NCBI GenBank assembly: GCA_902618175.1
Contig: CACMZN010000005.1
Span: 5,371 to 69,370 of the forward strand
DNA: 64,000 nucleotides
Source: an uncultured Verrucomicrobiota bacterium
GTDB taxonomy: Bacteria > Verrucomicrobiota > Verrucomicrobiia > Opitutales > Seribacteraceae
Reading direction: 5' to 3'
Part shown: piece after piece, positions 49,049-59,022 of the stretch
Position numbering within the stretch: position 1 is the first letter of the stretch
Layout of the letters: each line of letters starts with the position of its first letter
Translations under genes and position numbers: made by a program
Notes under the pieces: model-generated
Seen by the model: only the letters and a program-made list of their open reading frames with translations
What the model was told of the DNA's origin: nothing
Databases searched by the model: none

Positions 49049-50017
49049 TCATCCCAAATTAGGACTCGCCAGAGGATGAAAGTTTGCATGTTCATCCAAC
49101 AGTCTCTCCACCTCAACCTGAGTGTAGATTTGAGTGGTTCCGACATCCGCATGTCCGAGCATCTCCTGAACCGAGCGGACATCCGCCCCTCCCATCAGCA
49201 AGTGAGTGGCAAACGAATGCCTAAGTCCATGCGGAGATAAATTCTTTTCGATTCCAGCTCGGCGTCCATACTCCTTTACCAGAACCCAAACCATTTTTCT
49301 GGAAATTCCCCTACCCCTCTTGCTCAAGAAAAGTTCACTGCCTGTTTGTTCCTTGATCAAATGAGGTCTTCCGCCATGCAGATAATTACGTATCGCCTCA
49401 CCGGCATGCCGACCCACCGGCACCACTCTCTCCTTCGAACCCTTACCGAAGATTCGGGCGAATCCTTCATCAACGTCCACTGCCCCTATGGGCAATTCGC
49501 AAATTTCCGATACCCGCAAACCACTTCCATACATTAGTTCGAACAATGCTCGGTCCCTCTTGCCCAAGGGAGTCCCCAGATCAGGAACCTTGAGGAATCT
49601 TTCCATTTCCTCAATGGTGAGACAATGGGGCAAAGGCGTACGCATCCTTGGACTGTTCAGGAGTTGAGTGAAATCCTCAGTCAAAAATCCTTCTCCGATC
49701 AAATACTTGACCAGCATTCGAACTGCAGACAATTTCCTCGCCAAACTGGAAACCGCGTAGGAATTTCTCGTAAGAGATCCGAGCCAATGGGAAATGTGTT
49801 CGAGCCTTGCATGCTTCCATCCCGCCAATCCCTGCTCGGAAAGATTGAGCGAACATTGAATGAGATCAGCCTCATAGGAGAAAATGGTATTTTCAGCCAA
49901 TCCCTTTTCCAATTGGATCCATGCAAGAAAGGCGCTGATTTCAGTCTCGAATGCCGCCGGAGGTTCCAGAGGGGCATCCCCCTTTCCTCTCTTGATCACT
50001 TGCGATTTCGAGCCCAT
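49049..50017 (-). CDS. xerD: Tyrosine recombinase XerD
   Basis: EKGLAENT, RDRALFELMYGSGLRVSE, GKGSKER, SPHGLRHSFATH, VQEMLGH, TTQIYT; start approximate. Confidence 0.9.
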   Translation of the reverse strand: MGSKSQVIKRGKGDAPLEPPAAFETEISAFLAWIQLEKGLAENTIFSYEADLIQCSLNLSEQGLAGWKHARLEHISHWLGSLTRNSYAVSSLARKLSAVRMLVKYLIGEGFLTEDFTQLLNSPRMRTPLPHCLTIEEMERFLKVPDLGTPLGKRDRALFELMYGSGLRVSEICELPIGAVDVDEGFARIFGKGSKERVVPVGRHAGEAIRNYLHGGRPHLIKEQTGSELFLSKRGRGISRKMVWVLVKEYGRRAGIEKNLSPHGLRHSFATHLLMGGADVRSVQEMLGHADVGTTQIYTQVEVERLLDEHANFHPLASPNLG

Positions 50018-50039
50018 TTCAAAAAGGAAGAATCTAAGG

Positions 50040-50561
50040 TCAGGCACTCGGTGGAGCCACCGGATTGATTTGACCGGCAAAAAGCTTCCTGTAAATCCGA
50101 TTAATCGGGGTCTTCAATCGACTGACCAAAAATTTCTCCTTCCTCAAGGCTCCGTATCCGAACCGATAACTTGCCGCCAACCTCGGATAGGAAAACAATT
50201 TCTGTCGATCCAGCGTAACTTTCAACCTTTCGAGATAAAGCATGCCGACTTCCACATTGGTTTTCCAGTCATAGGCCAGTCGATAATTAAGCTCCGTTAC
50301 ATCGGTCCACGCCGCTTCCGTCAACTGCATCATCCCACGGGCCACCGAACTTTCCGCGTTCGCATTCAAACTGCTCTCAGCATGACAAATTGCATAAACA
50401 AAAGCAGGATCCAATCCGTGAGCAGGCGCTTCGCTTGCGATTTTTTCCCAGACCTTCTCCTTGGAAATGAAGTTGGTATTTTGGTCCAAGAATTTGCACC
50501 CGGACATCAGCCCAAGAACGCCAAACAAGAAAATCACACCTTTCCCCCCTTTCCGGATCAC
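50040..50561 (-). CDS. SLT-domain lytic transglycosylase, probable lipoprotein
   Basis: LMSGC lipobox-like, AICHAESS, ARGMMQL, LAASY. Confidence 0.82.
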   Translation of the reverse strand: MIRKGGKGVIFLFGVLGLMSGCKFLDQNTNFISKEKVWEKIASEAPAHGLDPAFVYAICHAESSLNANAESSVARGMMQLTEAAWTDVTELNYRLAYDWKTNVEVGMLYLERLKVTLDRQKLFSYPRLAASYRFGYGALRKEKFLVSRLKTPINRIYRKLFAGQINPVAPPSA

Positions 50562-50639
50562 TCATACAGACAAGCACTTCGGATCGAATCTAGCAAGATT
50601 CAAACCTATTCAACTGTTTGAAACCGAACGCAAGCTCGC

Positions 50640-52460
50640 TCAGGAGATCATCATCAGTAAAAAGCCCAAAAGAAAAAGCGTGCTGAAAAAAGCAGTCAAA
50701 CCAACTGGATGAACTCCCAGTCTTGCTCTTTTCGAAAGACGAAACTTAACTTTTGTTCGGCTATCTTTGCCCAAAAGTCCGAGGGAATAAAGCGGATCCG
50801 AGATAAATTCCAGGACTTGTACTTGTCCGGACTTGGTGAATTCATTCACTCTTCTGACCAGTTCTCCCATGAACAAGGCGTGAACCTGTTGATTCAGACC
50901 ATTCCAGAAAATCTTTGTAAATCCGATGAATCCTCGACCTATCCGGCGGTAAAGCCAGTCAACGTCAAGATTGACTGAGGGTACTTCGGCAGGGTATTTT
51001 CCTTTAAGATTCTGCAGGACAAATGCCAACGCCGCAAACATCAGAATCTGTAATTGAGTAATCACGTGAGTGGCATCGTAAGGATGATATCCCATGGCTT
51101 GGTTGGGCAGCATTGCATACAGCCATTGAGGATTACATCCGAGAAAAACGCAGAAAAAGGAAGAGATTCCCATCGCTATCAACATGTTGATGGGCGCTTC
51201 CTTGGGCCTCAGGCCCGAATCCCGGGCGAAAAAGGCAAAGTAGGGAACCTTGATTCCCGCTTTGTGCAGGACTCCCGCCGATGCAAACAACAGACACAAC
51301 CAAATCAGGGTGTTCCCATTGCGGGCCGCTTCCGTAATGATGATCGATTTGCTGATGAAGCCACTGAACAAAGGAAAGGCGGAAATCGACGCAGCTCCAA
51401 TGATGCAAAATCCCGTAGTCCAAGGCATGGTTTTGTAAAGACCACCCAAATGGGAAGCCCTGATTTCACCCGTTCGGTAAAGCACGGCTCCCATGCCCAT
51501 GAAAAGCAAGCCCTTATACAGGACGTGAGTGAAGGCATGAGCAATCGCTCCATCAATCGCAAGTTCAGTGCCTATGCCTATGCCTACGACCATGAAACCT
51601 ATCTGATTAATCTTACTGTAGCACAGCACTCGCCGCAGATCGTTCTCCAGGATCGCATAAAAAATTGGAAACACTGCCATAATTCCTCCAATGGGAATGA
51701 GGACTTCCGCTCCGGGAAAAAGTCGAATCAACATGCATACGGCGCATTTTGTGGTGAAGGCGCACAACCAGACTGGTCCGGTGGGAGTTGCCTCGGCGTA
51801 TCCATCCTTGAGCCAGACGTGAAGTCCGGGAAACGCCGCCTTAGTTCCAATTGCCAGCAAAATCAAAACTGCGCCCAAATCTCCACCCTCCAGGGAATCA
51901 GTAAGCGAAGCCAAGGAAAGAGCGGAAGAACCTTCTTCGTGAAATCGAATGAGGATGCCAGCCAGAAGCAGCAAGCCCGAAGAAACGTGAAAGAAGAGAT
52001 AGCGAAAACCAGCATCCTCCGCTCGCTTGGTGCGTCTGCTCCAAATCTGAAAGACCGAAGTGATTGCCAGTCCTTCCCACCAGAGAAAAAGGGAGAGCAT
52101 ATCCCCGGCGAAAGCTACGCCTACCGCAGTAGCTGCATAAAACAAAGCCATTGAAATTTGCCAAGGATCCCGCAGGTGAAAGGAATAGATTCCAGCAACC
52201 AGAGCAGCCAGATGAAAAAGATAACCAAAGAGCTTGGCCTGTGAATCAACCACCACACCCATGATTTCACAACCAAACAAATGCATGCTGGAATAGCTTC
52301 CCACTTCGAGCGTACTGACGTACCACAACCCCAGCACAGGAGCAAAAACCATGGTAAGGGATGCAAACCGCCCACGAAGAAAACTGGCGAATAAACCCCC
52401 GATCAACAAGGCAAAGGCCGGATGGATTCCAATTTCAATACTGGCGCCAAGGGTATTCAT
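50640..52460 (-). CDS. mrpD: Mrp Na+/H+ antiporter subunit D-like (third copy)
   Basis: WWEGLA, LHVWLKDGY, FTTK, LGGLYKTMP, FPLFSGFISK. Confidence 0.85.
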   Translation of the reverse strand: MNTLGASIEIGIHPAFALLIGGLFASFLRGRFASLTMVFAPVLGLWYVSTLEVGSYSSMHLFGCEIMGVVVDSQAKLFGYLFHLAALVAGIYSFHLRDPWQISMALFYAATAVGVAFAGDMLSLFLWWEGLAITSVFQIWSRRTKRAEDAGFRYLFFHVSSGLLLLAGILIRFHEEGSSALSLASLTDSLEGGDLGAVLILLAIGTKAAFPGLHVWLKDGYAEATPTGPVWLCAFTTKCAVCMLIRLFPGAEVLIPIGGIMAVFPIFYAILENDLRRVLCYSKINQIGFMVVGIGIGTELAIDGAIAHAFTHVLYKGLLFMGMGAVLYRTGEIRASHLGGLYKTMPWTTGFCIIGAASISAFPLFSGFISKSIIITEAARNGNTLIWLCLLFASAGVLHKAGIKVPYFAFFARDSGLRPKEAPINMLIAMGISSFFCVFLGCNPQWLYAMLPNQAMGYHPYDATHVITQLQILMFAALAFVLQNLKGKYPAEVPSVNLDVDWLYRRIGRGFIGFTKIFWNGLNQQVHALFMGELVRRVNEFTKSGQVQVLEFISDPLYSLGLLGKDSRTKVKFRLSKRARLGVHPVGLTAFFSTLFLLGFLLMMIS

Positions 52461-52461
52461 C

Positions 52462-52776
52462 TCATTGATCCCAGTAATCCTCCTCGCGCATCAGAACGTT
52501 TTTCCCTTTCCGGCTTCGCATCAACTTGGATGCATGGACCAATCCGACGCAGGCAAGAAATCCATAGATCCCGTAGAAGAAGGGCAACGGTTCGATTCCA
52601 TGCATCAAGGAACTCTCTCCAAGGGCCGCATGTTTATGCCAACCGATGCTGAACACGAAGTCCGCAAGCATGACAAAGCCACATGCGAAATAGAACCCAC
52701 GGATGATTTTTCCAACGTTGGTCGAATCATCCAGCCAACGCTTGGGTTCCTTGGTCTTCCTTGTTTTTTTGCTCAT
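52462..52776 (-). CDS. Small 2-TM Mrp-associated membrane protein
   Basis: MSKKTRK...WLD...FFYGIYGFLACVGLV...LMREEDYWD; start placed at ATG 52776. Confidence 0.7.
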   Translation of the reverse strand: MSKKTRKTKEPKRWLDDSTNVGKIIRGFYFACGFVMLADFVFSIGWHKHAALGESSLMHGIEPLPFFYGIYGFLACVGLVHASKLMRSRKGKNVLMREEDYWDQ

Positions 52777-52790
52777 GTGTTTTTCTGACT

Positions 52791-54320
52791 TCACTGGGAG
52801 ATGCCGGCGAGAAGAAGCAACGGACCGGAGAAAAAGAAAAGGGCGAAGCATCCGATTGCGGTAAACGCAAGCGGAACCACACAAGCCATCGGGGCTTCCT
52901 TTAAACCGGAATTTTCCTCGGTTTCTTCGGTTTGGAAAAATGCGGTAACCGCAACCGGAAGAAGATAAAAGATGTTCAGCAAAGAACTGATCAGCAGAAC
53001 CACCACCACCCACATCGCATCCCGATCCAAGGCGCCGAGCGCCAAATACCACTTGCTCACGAATCCTCCCAAGGGTGGGAGTCCGATGACGCTCAAGGAT
53101 CCGATCATGAAAGCTCCCATGGTGATGGGCATTTTTCTTCCAAGACCACGAAGTTGACTGACGTATTTCTTACCCGATGCCACAAAGATTGCTCCGGCGC
53201 AGAAAAACAAGGTGATTTTTCCACATGCATGCATTGCAATGTGAAGAACCGATCCACCCATTCCACGCTCAGTCGCCAGGGTAGCTCCCAGTACGACGTA
53301 ACCCAGTTGACCGATGGTGGAAAAGGCGAGTCTTCTCTTCAGATTATCCTGAGAAAGTGCAATGAAGGAGGAAATCAGTATGGTGGCGCAGGCGATGCCG
53401 ATCAACCAGTCTTCTCCGTCCATACGTTGTAGAACCTCAGTTCCGAAAATATCCGAATAGATCCGGTATACGCAAAAGACGCCGACTTTCACAACGGCTA
53501 CGGCGTGAAGCAGGGCGGAAACCGGGGTCGGGGCAACCATGGCGCCGGGCAACCAGGAGTGAAAAGGCATTAATCCCGCTTTGGCGAATCCAAAGGTGAA
53601 AAGAAGAAGAAGGAAAATCTGTACGGATTGAGAAAATTCGCCGATTTTTCCGGTATCCGTTAGAAAATCCATTGCCGCTTGTCCATCGTCCAACCAGACA
53701 TAGCACAAACTCAAGGCAGGCAATAGAAGACAAAGGGACGTAAAGAGGAGATATCCAAGATAGGTACGGCCTCCCGTTCTCGCCTCCTTGTCCTGCATAT
53801 GGGTGACCAGGGGGAAAGTGGATACCGAAAGCATCTCGTAGAAGAAATAAATGGTCAACATGTTGGAGGAGAACGCAACCCCCATGGTTGCAGAAAGGGA
53901 CAGGGCGAAAAAGGAGTAGAATCGGGTCTGGGCATGTTCATGCAAACCTCTCATATATCCGACTGAATAGAGGGTTGTGACGATCCATAAGATGGACGCA
54001 ACGCATGCAAACAGCAAACCAGGTCCGTCCACTCTCAGAAGCATGGGAACATGGGTGAAGATTTGCCAAATCTGAAATTCGATGATGGCTCCGTTGAGCA
54101 GAAGCGGAACCATGGAAAGTACCACTCCCGCTTGTATGATCGCCGCTGCGAAAGTAAAGAATTCACGGAGATCGGATCTTCTTTCTCCCGCCCACACAAT
54201 CCCCAACAAACCAATCAGAGGAGTAAGCAGGGCGACCAGGGGACGAACGTCTGTCAGGATCAAAGGCGCCATCAGGTCAACCGCTGGGATCATTTGTTCG
54301 ACTGGAAGAGCTGCGCTCAT
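52791..54320 (-). CDS. mrpD: Mrp antiporter subunit D family
   Basis: YSVGYM, FYEML, PFHSWLPGAMVAPTPVSALLHAVAVVK, RRLAFST. Confidence 0.88.
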   Translation of the reverse strand: MSAALPVEQMIPAVDLMAPLILTDVRPLVALLTPLIGLLGIVWAGERRSDLREFFTFAAAIIQAGVVLSMVPLLLNGAIIEFQIWQIFTHVPMLLRVDGPGLLFACVASILWIVTTLYSVGYMRGLHEHAQTRFYSFFALSLSATMGVAFSSNMLTIYFFYEMLSVSTFPLVTHMQDKEARTGGRTYLGYLLFTSLCLLLPALSLCYVWLDDGQAAMDFLTDTGKIGEFSQSVQIFLLLLFTFGFAKAGLMPFHSWLPGAMVAPTPVSALLHAVAVVKVGVFCVYRIYSDIFGTEVLQRMDGEDWLIGIACATILISSFIALSQDNLKRRLAFSTIGQLGYVVLGATLATERGMGGSVLHIAMHACGKITLFFCAGAIFVASGKKYVSQLRGLGRKMPITMGAFMIGSLSVIGLPPLGGFVSKWYLALGALDRDAMWVVVVLLISSLLNIFYLLPVAVTAFFQTEETEENSGLKEAPMACVVPLAFTAIGCFALFFFSGPLLLLAGISQ

Positions 54321-55876
54321 CAGGGTTCGATTCCTCTGGGCAGATCATAGTCCGCCAGAAAATGCTCGATTTGTGTGGATATGTCTTGGTTATAGACCCC
54401 GATCACCAATACGACCGCTGCCGCCAGCAACAATGGAATCAGCATGGAAAGCGGACCCTCTTCAAACTTGGTCTGCTCCTCAGTCAAACCCAAGTCTCCA
54501 TGTCCATGTCCCAAATTCTCTCCATTCTCGCTTACCGCCAGATGCATGCGTTCGATCAGACGAAAGAAAAGAACCACCATCACCATGGTCGAAAACAATA
54601 GGACGATCAAGTATTCCCATCGTCCCGAAACCATTCCACCGGTGATCAGATACCACTTGCTGAAGAATCCGCAAGTGGGAGGCAATCCGATAATGGAAAA
54701 TCCACCTATGAAGAAGCCACTCGTGGTAAGCGGCATTTTTGCAAACAATCCGCGCAAGCCGTCGAAATGAGTGGTCCGCGCTTTGCGAAGAATCAAACCT
54801 GCTCCAAGAAACAAGCAAAGCGTCATGCACGCATCGCTGATGATGTGAAAAATCGAACCGATCAATCCGTAGTAATTGTAGATCCACAATCCTCCGATCA
54901 TATATCCGACTTCCGCCACGATGAGATAGCTCAGCATCTTTTTGATTTCCCGCTGAGCCAAGGCCATGACTGCGGCGCACACTATGGCAAGGACCACCAA
55001 CCATGGAAGAAATTTTGTCCACAAAGTGGATTCAAAGGAAAAATCAACGCCGAACACGGTCAATACCATGCGGATCATGACGTAAATCATGACTTTGGTC
55101 ACAAGCGGCGCCAAAAGGCAAGAAGTGGTAGTGGGCGCATTGCAATAGGCGTTTGGCAACCAGGCGTGAAAGGGAAAGAAGGCCATTTTTATCAGGATGC
55201 CGAGACCGACAAGAATGAAGGCCACTTGCATGGAAGGAGAGTCTGCCAAAGCATTCGCCTCGATCACTTCGCGAATGCCGACCATGTTCAAAGTGCCTGT
55301 CTTGATGTATAGATACCCTACGCCGAGCAGATAGAGAGAAGCCCCGATGGTGCCCAAAATTACGTAATTGAAAGTTGCGGCCGCCGCTCGGTTGGAACCA
55401 ATCGCGATCAGGCCGTAACCAGTCAATGCCGCAACCTCGATCAATACGTACAGGTTGAATGCGTCGCCGGTTAGAGTTATGCCTGCCAAACCGGTGATCT
55501 GCAGAAGAAAAAGGGTAAAGAAAAGGGATTCCTTGCCCGGAGTCTCCTCTTCCACGGGAATCTTCGAATACAAAGATACGATCAAACCGACGCCCAATAC
55601 GACCAAGGTGATGAGAGCTCCCAGCAGATCAGCTCGGAATTCAATGCCCACTCCGCGCGGATATTGATCCAGGGTCCATCCACCCAGCAGATAAGACAAC
55701 TCATGACTCTTCGAGTTCATTACCTTGATCAAGGTCTCGACACCTGCCCAAGTTGCTCCGATCATGGAAAGAACGGAAATCGGATGGCACCATTTCCGGT
55801 TGTACATTCCCACCAAGGTACAGGCAACGGCCCCAAACAAGGGAAAAATGAAAATCCAGGCTATGGCGTTTTCCAT
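54320..55876 (-). CDS. mrpD: Mrp antiporter subunit D family
   Basis: GDAFNLYVLIE, TGTLNM, FPFHAWLPNAY, GLPPTCGFFSKW. Confidence 0.88.
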   Translation of the reverse strand: MENAIAWIFIFPLFGAVACTLVGMYNRKWCHPISVLSMIGATWAGVETLIKVMNSKSHELSYLLGGWTLDQYPRGVGIEFRADLLGALITLVVLGVGLIVSLYSKIPVEEETPGKESLFFTLFLLQITGLAGITLTGDAFNLYVLIEVAALTGYGLIAIGSNRAAAATFNYVILGTIGASLYLLGVGYLYIKTGTLNMVGIREVIEANALADSPSMQVAFILVGLGILIKMAFFPFHAWLPNAYCNAPTTTSCLLAPLVTKVMIYVMIRMVLTVFGVDFSFESTLWTKFLPWLVVLAIVCAAVMALAQREIKKMLSYLIVAEVGYMIGGLWIYNYYGLIGSIFHIISDACMTLCLFLGAGLILRKARTTHFDGLRGLFAKMPLTTSGFFIGGFSIIGLPPTCGFFSKWYLITGGMVSGRWEYLIVLLFSTMVMVVLFFRLIERMHLAVSENGENLGHGHGDLGLTEEQTKFEEGPLSMLIPLLLAAAVVLVIGVYNQDISTQIEHFLADYDLPRGIEP

Positions 55877-55881
55877 GATTC

Positions 55882-56649
55882 CTAAGTTTCCTTCCTTTCC
55901 CCACCACGATCCTTTTTTCCAGTCTGAGTAGACTTGGAGACAATCTTTTTCCTGGTTTTGTCTGGTTTGGATGCAGGCGAATTCCCAATCTCCTTACTCT
56001 CGTTTTTTCGATTTCCGGATTGACGCGAGGTTTTCCTCTTCACCGATTGGCTTCGGGTCCTCGGTGCTTCCTTCGCCAACTCCTTGGACTTGGACAGCTT
56101 CCGGACTCTCTTTTTTTCTTCCGGTGATGATTTTTCAGGTGATGTTTTCCTTACAGGGGACAGACTGGCCCGGGCATCGGCCCTTTCGAGTTTGGTCAGC
56201 AATTCATCTTCCTCAATCGTTCCATATCCCTGAAAAATTCTCTGACAGAGAGCCAGGGCAAGACCCAGAGTGGCCACGCCCACCACGATGGCCGTAAGCA
56301 TGAGAACGTGAGGCAAAGGATTGGCATATCCTCTGACTTCCTCATCGGACAAAGCAACGGGTTGGTATTTGTCTCCATAATCGGCAGCAGTTTCCTTCGT
56401 CTTGGCATGTTCTCCATGAGGATCATGTTCGGCCTTGTAGATGGGAACCGTGGCTTCCTCCTTCACCGCAATCGAAACATAAAACAAAATGATCGCGGTT
56501 TGAAAAATCGCCATGCCAATCAATTTCTTGATCAAGTTCCTTTTGGCGATCATCGCATGCAGTCCGATCAGGAGCAAAACCACGTAGATCAGATAATTCA
56601 ATCGCTTGATCAGCAGTTCGTTCAGAATGGATCCGTCTTCAATCATCAA
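55882..56649 (-). CDS. mrpC: Mrp antiporter subunit C with soluble insert and long basic C-terminal tail
   Basis: NLIKKLIG, NPLPHVLMLTAIVVG, YGTIEEDE, followed by about 100 K/S/R/E-rich residues. Confidence 0.85.
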   Translation of the reverse strand: MMIEDGSILNELLIKRLNYLIYVVLLLIGLHAMIAKRNLIKKLIGMAIFQTAIILFYVSIAVKEEATVPIYKAEHDPHGEHAKTKETAADYGDKYQPVALSDEEVRGYANPLPHVLMLTAIVVGVATLGLALALCQRIFQGYGTIEEDELLTKLERADARASLSPVRKTSPEKSSPEEKKRVRKLSKSKELAKEAPRTRSQSVKRKTSRQSGNRKNESKEIGNSPASKPDKTRKKIVSKSTQTGKKDRGGERKET

Positions 56650-56673
56650 TCCTCGAACCGGCTGGGGAGCTGA

Positions 56674-57423
56674 TCAAAGTCCACCTTTCAATCGTCCTTC
56701 GGAAGATAAGTTTGCATAAAGGGCAAACATGATTGCGCTCACGGTGAAGCCAACTCCAATCTCCACTCCCAACATCGCATGATAGCGGGCCATTTCCCGG
56801 GACACCGGCAATACTTTCTCCAACTCCGCATAATCAAGGAACTCACCACCCAAGATCATCGAGAGAAAACCGATTCCTCCATAAATGACGATGCCCAGAG
56901 AAGCGACCACCATGCAGCGAGATATCGAAAATCGTTCCAGAGCCACCTCCAAGTCCCATGCCAGAGCCACGAGGATGAAACTTGCGCCCATCGCCACTCC
57001 TCCCTGAAATCCACCACCCGGACTGACATGTCCATGAGCCAAAACGTAAAAGGCAAAAATCTGAATCACCGGCACAATCAGTCGGACCGTGTTGGTCACG
57101 ATCAGATCCGGTTCCGCATCCACTTCGAATTCGCGCTTTTGGGAACCTCTCCTTCCCGATCCCCGGAGGATCGCCAAAACTGCAACTCCGGCTATGAATA
57201 CCACCACGGTTTCAAACATAGTGTCGAATCCACGATAATCCGCCAGAACCGCCGTAACCATGTTCGGCACCTCCGTATCCACTCCGGTATGGCTGATGAA
57301 ATGAGAAGAGACCGGAGATTGAGAAGCCGGCGAATCCACCGCTCCCCACTCGGGAAAATCCTTGGCCGCGAAAAGAAGCAATCCGCCCACCGCGGCGACC
57401 GGGATCATGGAAATCAATTTCAT
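56674..57423 (-). CDS. mrpB: Mrp antiporter subunit B
   Basis: PNMVTAVLADYRGFDTMFE, HGHVSPGGGFQGG; start placed at ATG 57423. Confidence 0.88.
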   Translation of the reverse strand: MKLISMIPVAAVGGLLLFAAKDFPEWGAVDSPASQSPVSSHFISHTGVDTEVPNMVTAVLADYRGFDTMFETVVVFIAGVAVLAILRGSGRRGSQKREFEVDAEPDLIVTNTVRLIVPVIQIFAFYVLAHGHVSPGGGFQGGVAMGASFILVALAWDLEVALERFSISRCMVVASLGIVIYGGIGFLSMILGGEFLDYAELEKVLPVSREMARYHAMLGVEIGVGFTVSAIMFALYANLSSEGRLKGGL

Positions 57424-57674
57424 CAATCGCTCGATTTTCTCTTGAGATTGAAGATGGTGGCCACAAACACCACGGTACTCACCCCCGCTCCCACCGTCGC
57501 CTCGGTGAAAGCGACGTCGACTGCTCCCATTTCCGCCCAAAGCAGGCACATCAGAAAACTATATACCCCAAAGACCACGGCGGAGGATAAGAGATCCCGA
57601 ATACGCAGAGCAGACAATGCCGCAACCACCAGAAGAATCAGTATGAAGGTGTTGAACAATTCCTGCCCCATCAT
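57423..57674 (-). CDS. DUF4040 / MnhB-related small Mrp subunit
   Basis: MGAVDVAFTEATVGAG. Confidence 0.85.
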   Translation of the reverse strand: MMGQELFNTFILILLVVAALSALRIRDLLSSAVVFGVYSFLMCLLWAEMGAVDVAFTEATVGAGVSTVVFVATIFNLKRKSSD

Positions 57675-58030
57675 TTCGTCTCCTTTGCTTTCCGTCTTGA
57701 TTTCTTCAAATCCTTCTCGGTCAAAGGCATTTCGTCGTCCTCAAAGGCAGCCCGCATAAGAGCGTGCGAACTGGTCGGACTGGTCAGGTAAATGAATAGA
57801 ACGACAGCCATGATCTTGATCAGAAGCAACCAACTTCCGAGAGAGAAATCCTCCATCGTGACCAATCCGAATCCCGCAAGCATCAACATGGTCGAAAGTG
57901 TATCCCCCTTGCCCGCGGCATGCATGCGTGTGTAGAAATCGGGAAAGCGCACCATCCCCACGGCTGCTCCAAGAAAGAAGACCAGTCCGACCAGACCGCA
58001 GAGAATGCCAATGATTTGCAAAATGATCAT
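57671..58030 (-). CDS. mrpG: Mrp antiporter subunit G
   Basis: RFPDFYTRMHAAGKGDT, SPTSSHAL. Confidence 0.9.
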   Translation of the reverse strand: MIILQIIGILCGLVGLVFFLGAAVGMVRFPDFYTRMHAAGKGDTLSTMLMLAGFGLVTMEDFSLGSWLLLIKIMAVVLFIYLTSPTSSHALMRAAFEDDEMPLTEKDLKKSRRKAKETK

Positions 58031-58090
58031 TTTAATTCCCGATTGATTCTTTTGTCTTCATCTCACAAGGACATCTGATCTGCATCCAAT

Positions 58091-58396
58091 TCATGCCCTG
58101 CTCTTTTTTTCACGCGCTTCCATTTCCTTGAGAGAGATCGTACGGTTCAGGTAACGGGCGACTATGATTGCACCCACAAAATTCAACAAAGAATATGCAA
58201 TCGCAAAGTCCACGAACATATCGACCCGATCAAACAAGGTACCGGTGATCACCAACAAAACCGCCGTCTTGGTTCCAATCACGTTGACTCCGAGGATTCG
58301 ATCAAACTCCGTCGGTCCCACCCAGATGCGGTACACCACTGGAATCATCAGCGTGAAGAGGGATGCCCCCATCAAGACGGCAAACCAATAACTCAT
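58091..58396 (-). CDS. mrpF: Mrp antiporter subunit F
   Basis: GPTEFDRI, DFAIAYSLLNFVG. Confidence 0.88.
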   Translation of the reverse strand: MSYWFAVLMGASLFTLMIPVVYRIWVGPTEFDRILGVNVIGTKTAVLLVITGTLFDRVDMFVDFAIAYSLLNFVGAIIVARYLNRTISLKEMEAREKKSRA

Positions 58397-58896
58397 TTTC
58401 CAGGCAGGACTTCAGGTTCGAACACTTCGGCCACTTTTCTTTCAATCGCACCCGTCAGCAAATCATCCTCCAGAAACTGGCTCATGGTATGGATGTGAAA
58501 AACCTCTCCGCGAATCAGCATGGTAATCGTTCCCGGTGTGAGGGTAATGGAATTTGCGAGCACAAACTTGGCAAAATCCGTCTTCAGATAGGTGTTGAAG
58601 GTGACCACCCGCGGAGCCATTTCCTCATATCCCCTACGGGTCATGGCAAGCTTGAAGACGTGAAGATTGGCCTTCACCACTTCCCAAGTGATCCAGGGGA
58701 CGTATTTCAGAAACATCCAACCTTCAATCAGCCTCGTTCTTCCGCCTTTGCTGCGATCCTTGAAGAGCAAGTCCTGGGACAACCAAGTGATCGTCAGGCA
58801 GGAAACCACTCCCAACCCAAGATGAAAGACGTCGAACTTACCCGACAATACGATCCAATTGATCAAAAGGAAAAAAAATATGACGACTGGATACAC
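58393..58896 (-). CDS. mrpE: Mrp antiporter subunit E
   Basis: WIVLSG, VKANLHV, LANSITLTPGTIT. Confidence 0.9.
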   Translation of the reverse strand: MYPVVIFFFLLINWIVLSGKFDVFHLGLGVVSCLTITWLSQDLLFKDRSKGGRTRLIEGWMFLKYVPWITWEVVKANLHVFKLAMTRRGYEEMAPRVVTFNTYLKTDFAKFVLANSITLTPGTITMLIRGEVFHIHTMSQFLEDDLLTGAIERKVAEVFEPEVLPGK

Positions 58897-58913
58897 GGGG
58901 ATGATTGAACGGG

Positions 58914-58942
58914 AATATGCAAAATGCGTAGTTCCTTGACAA
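58914..58942 (-). promoter_or_regulatory. Candidate sigma70 promoter of the mrp operon
   Basis: Minus strand TTGTCA-17 nt-CATATT, 17 nt upstream of the mrpE GTG. Confidence 0.4.
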
Positions 58943-59022
58943 AAAGATATTTTCGATTGGGGGCAACCCCGAACGAAGAATTCCCTCTTTTTTCAACTTG
59001 CCAAAATCCGGAAGTCGCCCAC

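Noticed and set aside
49049-50017. Tyrosine recombinase as prophage or island integrase
   Set aside because: XerD-type motifs, housekeeping neighbours, and no att repeats or phage genes seen
51054-52154. 366-aa plus-strand ORF
   Set aside because: Antisense shadow of mrpD; no motifs; expected opposite hydrophobic GC-rich genes
56779-57759. 326-aa plus-strand ORF
   Set aside because: Antisense to mrpB, DUF4040 and mrpG; no recognisable domain
58952-58977. GGGG-GCAA-CCCC hairpin upstream of mrpE as a Na+ riboswitch
   Set aside because: Lies upstream of the candidate promoter, the GNRA loop is on the non-coding strand, and no riboswitch consensus was recognised; an Rfam scan would settle it
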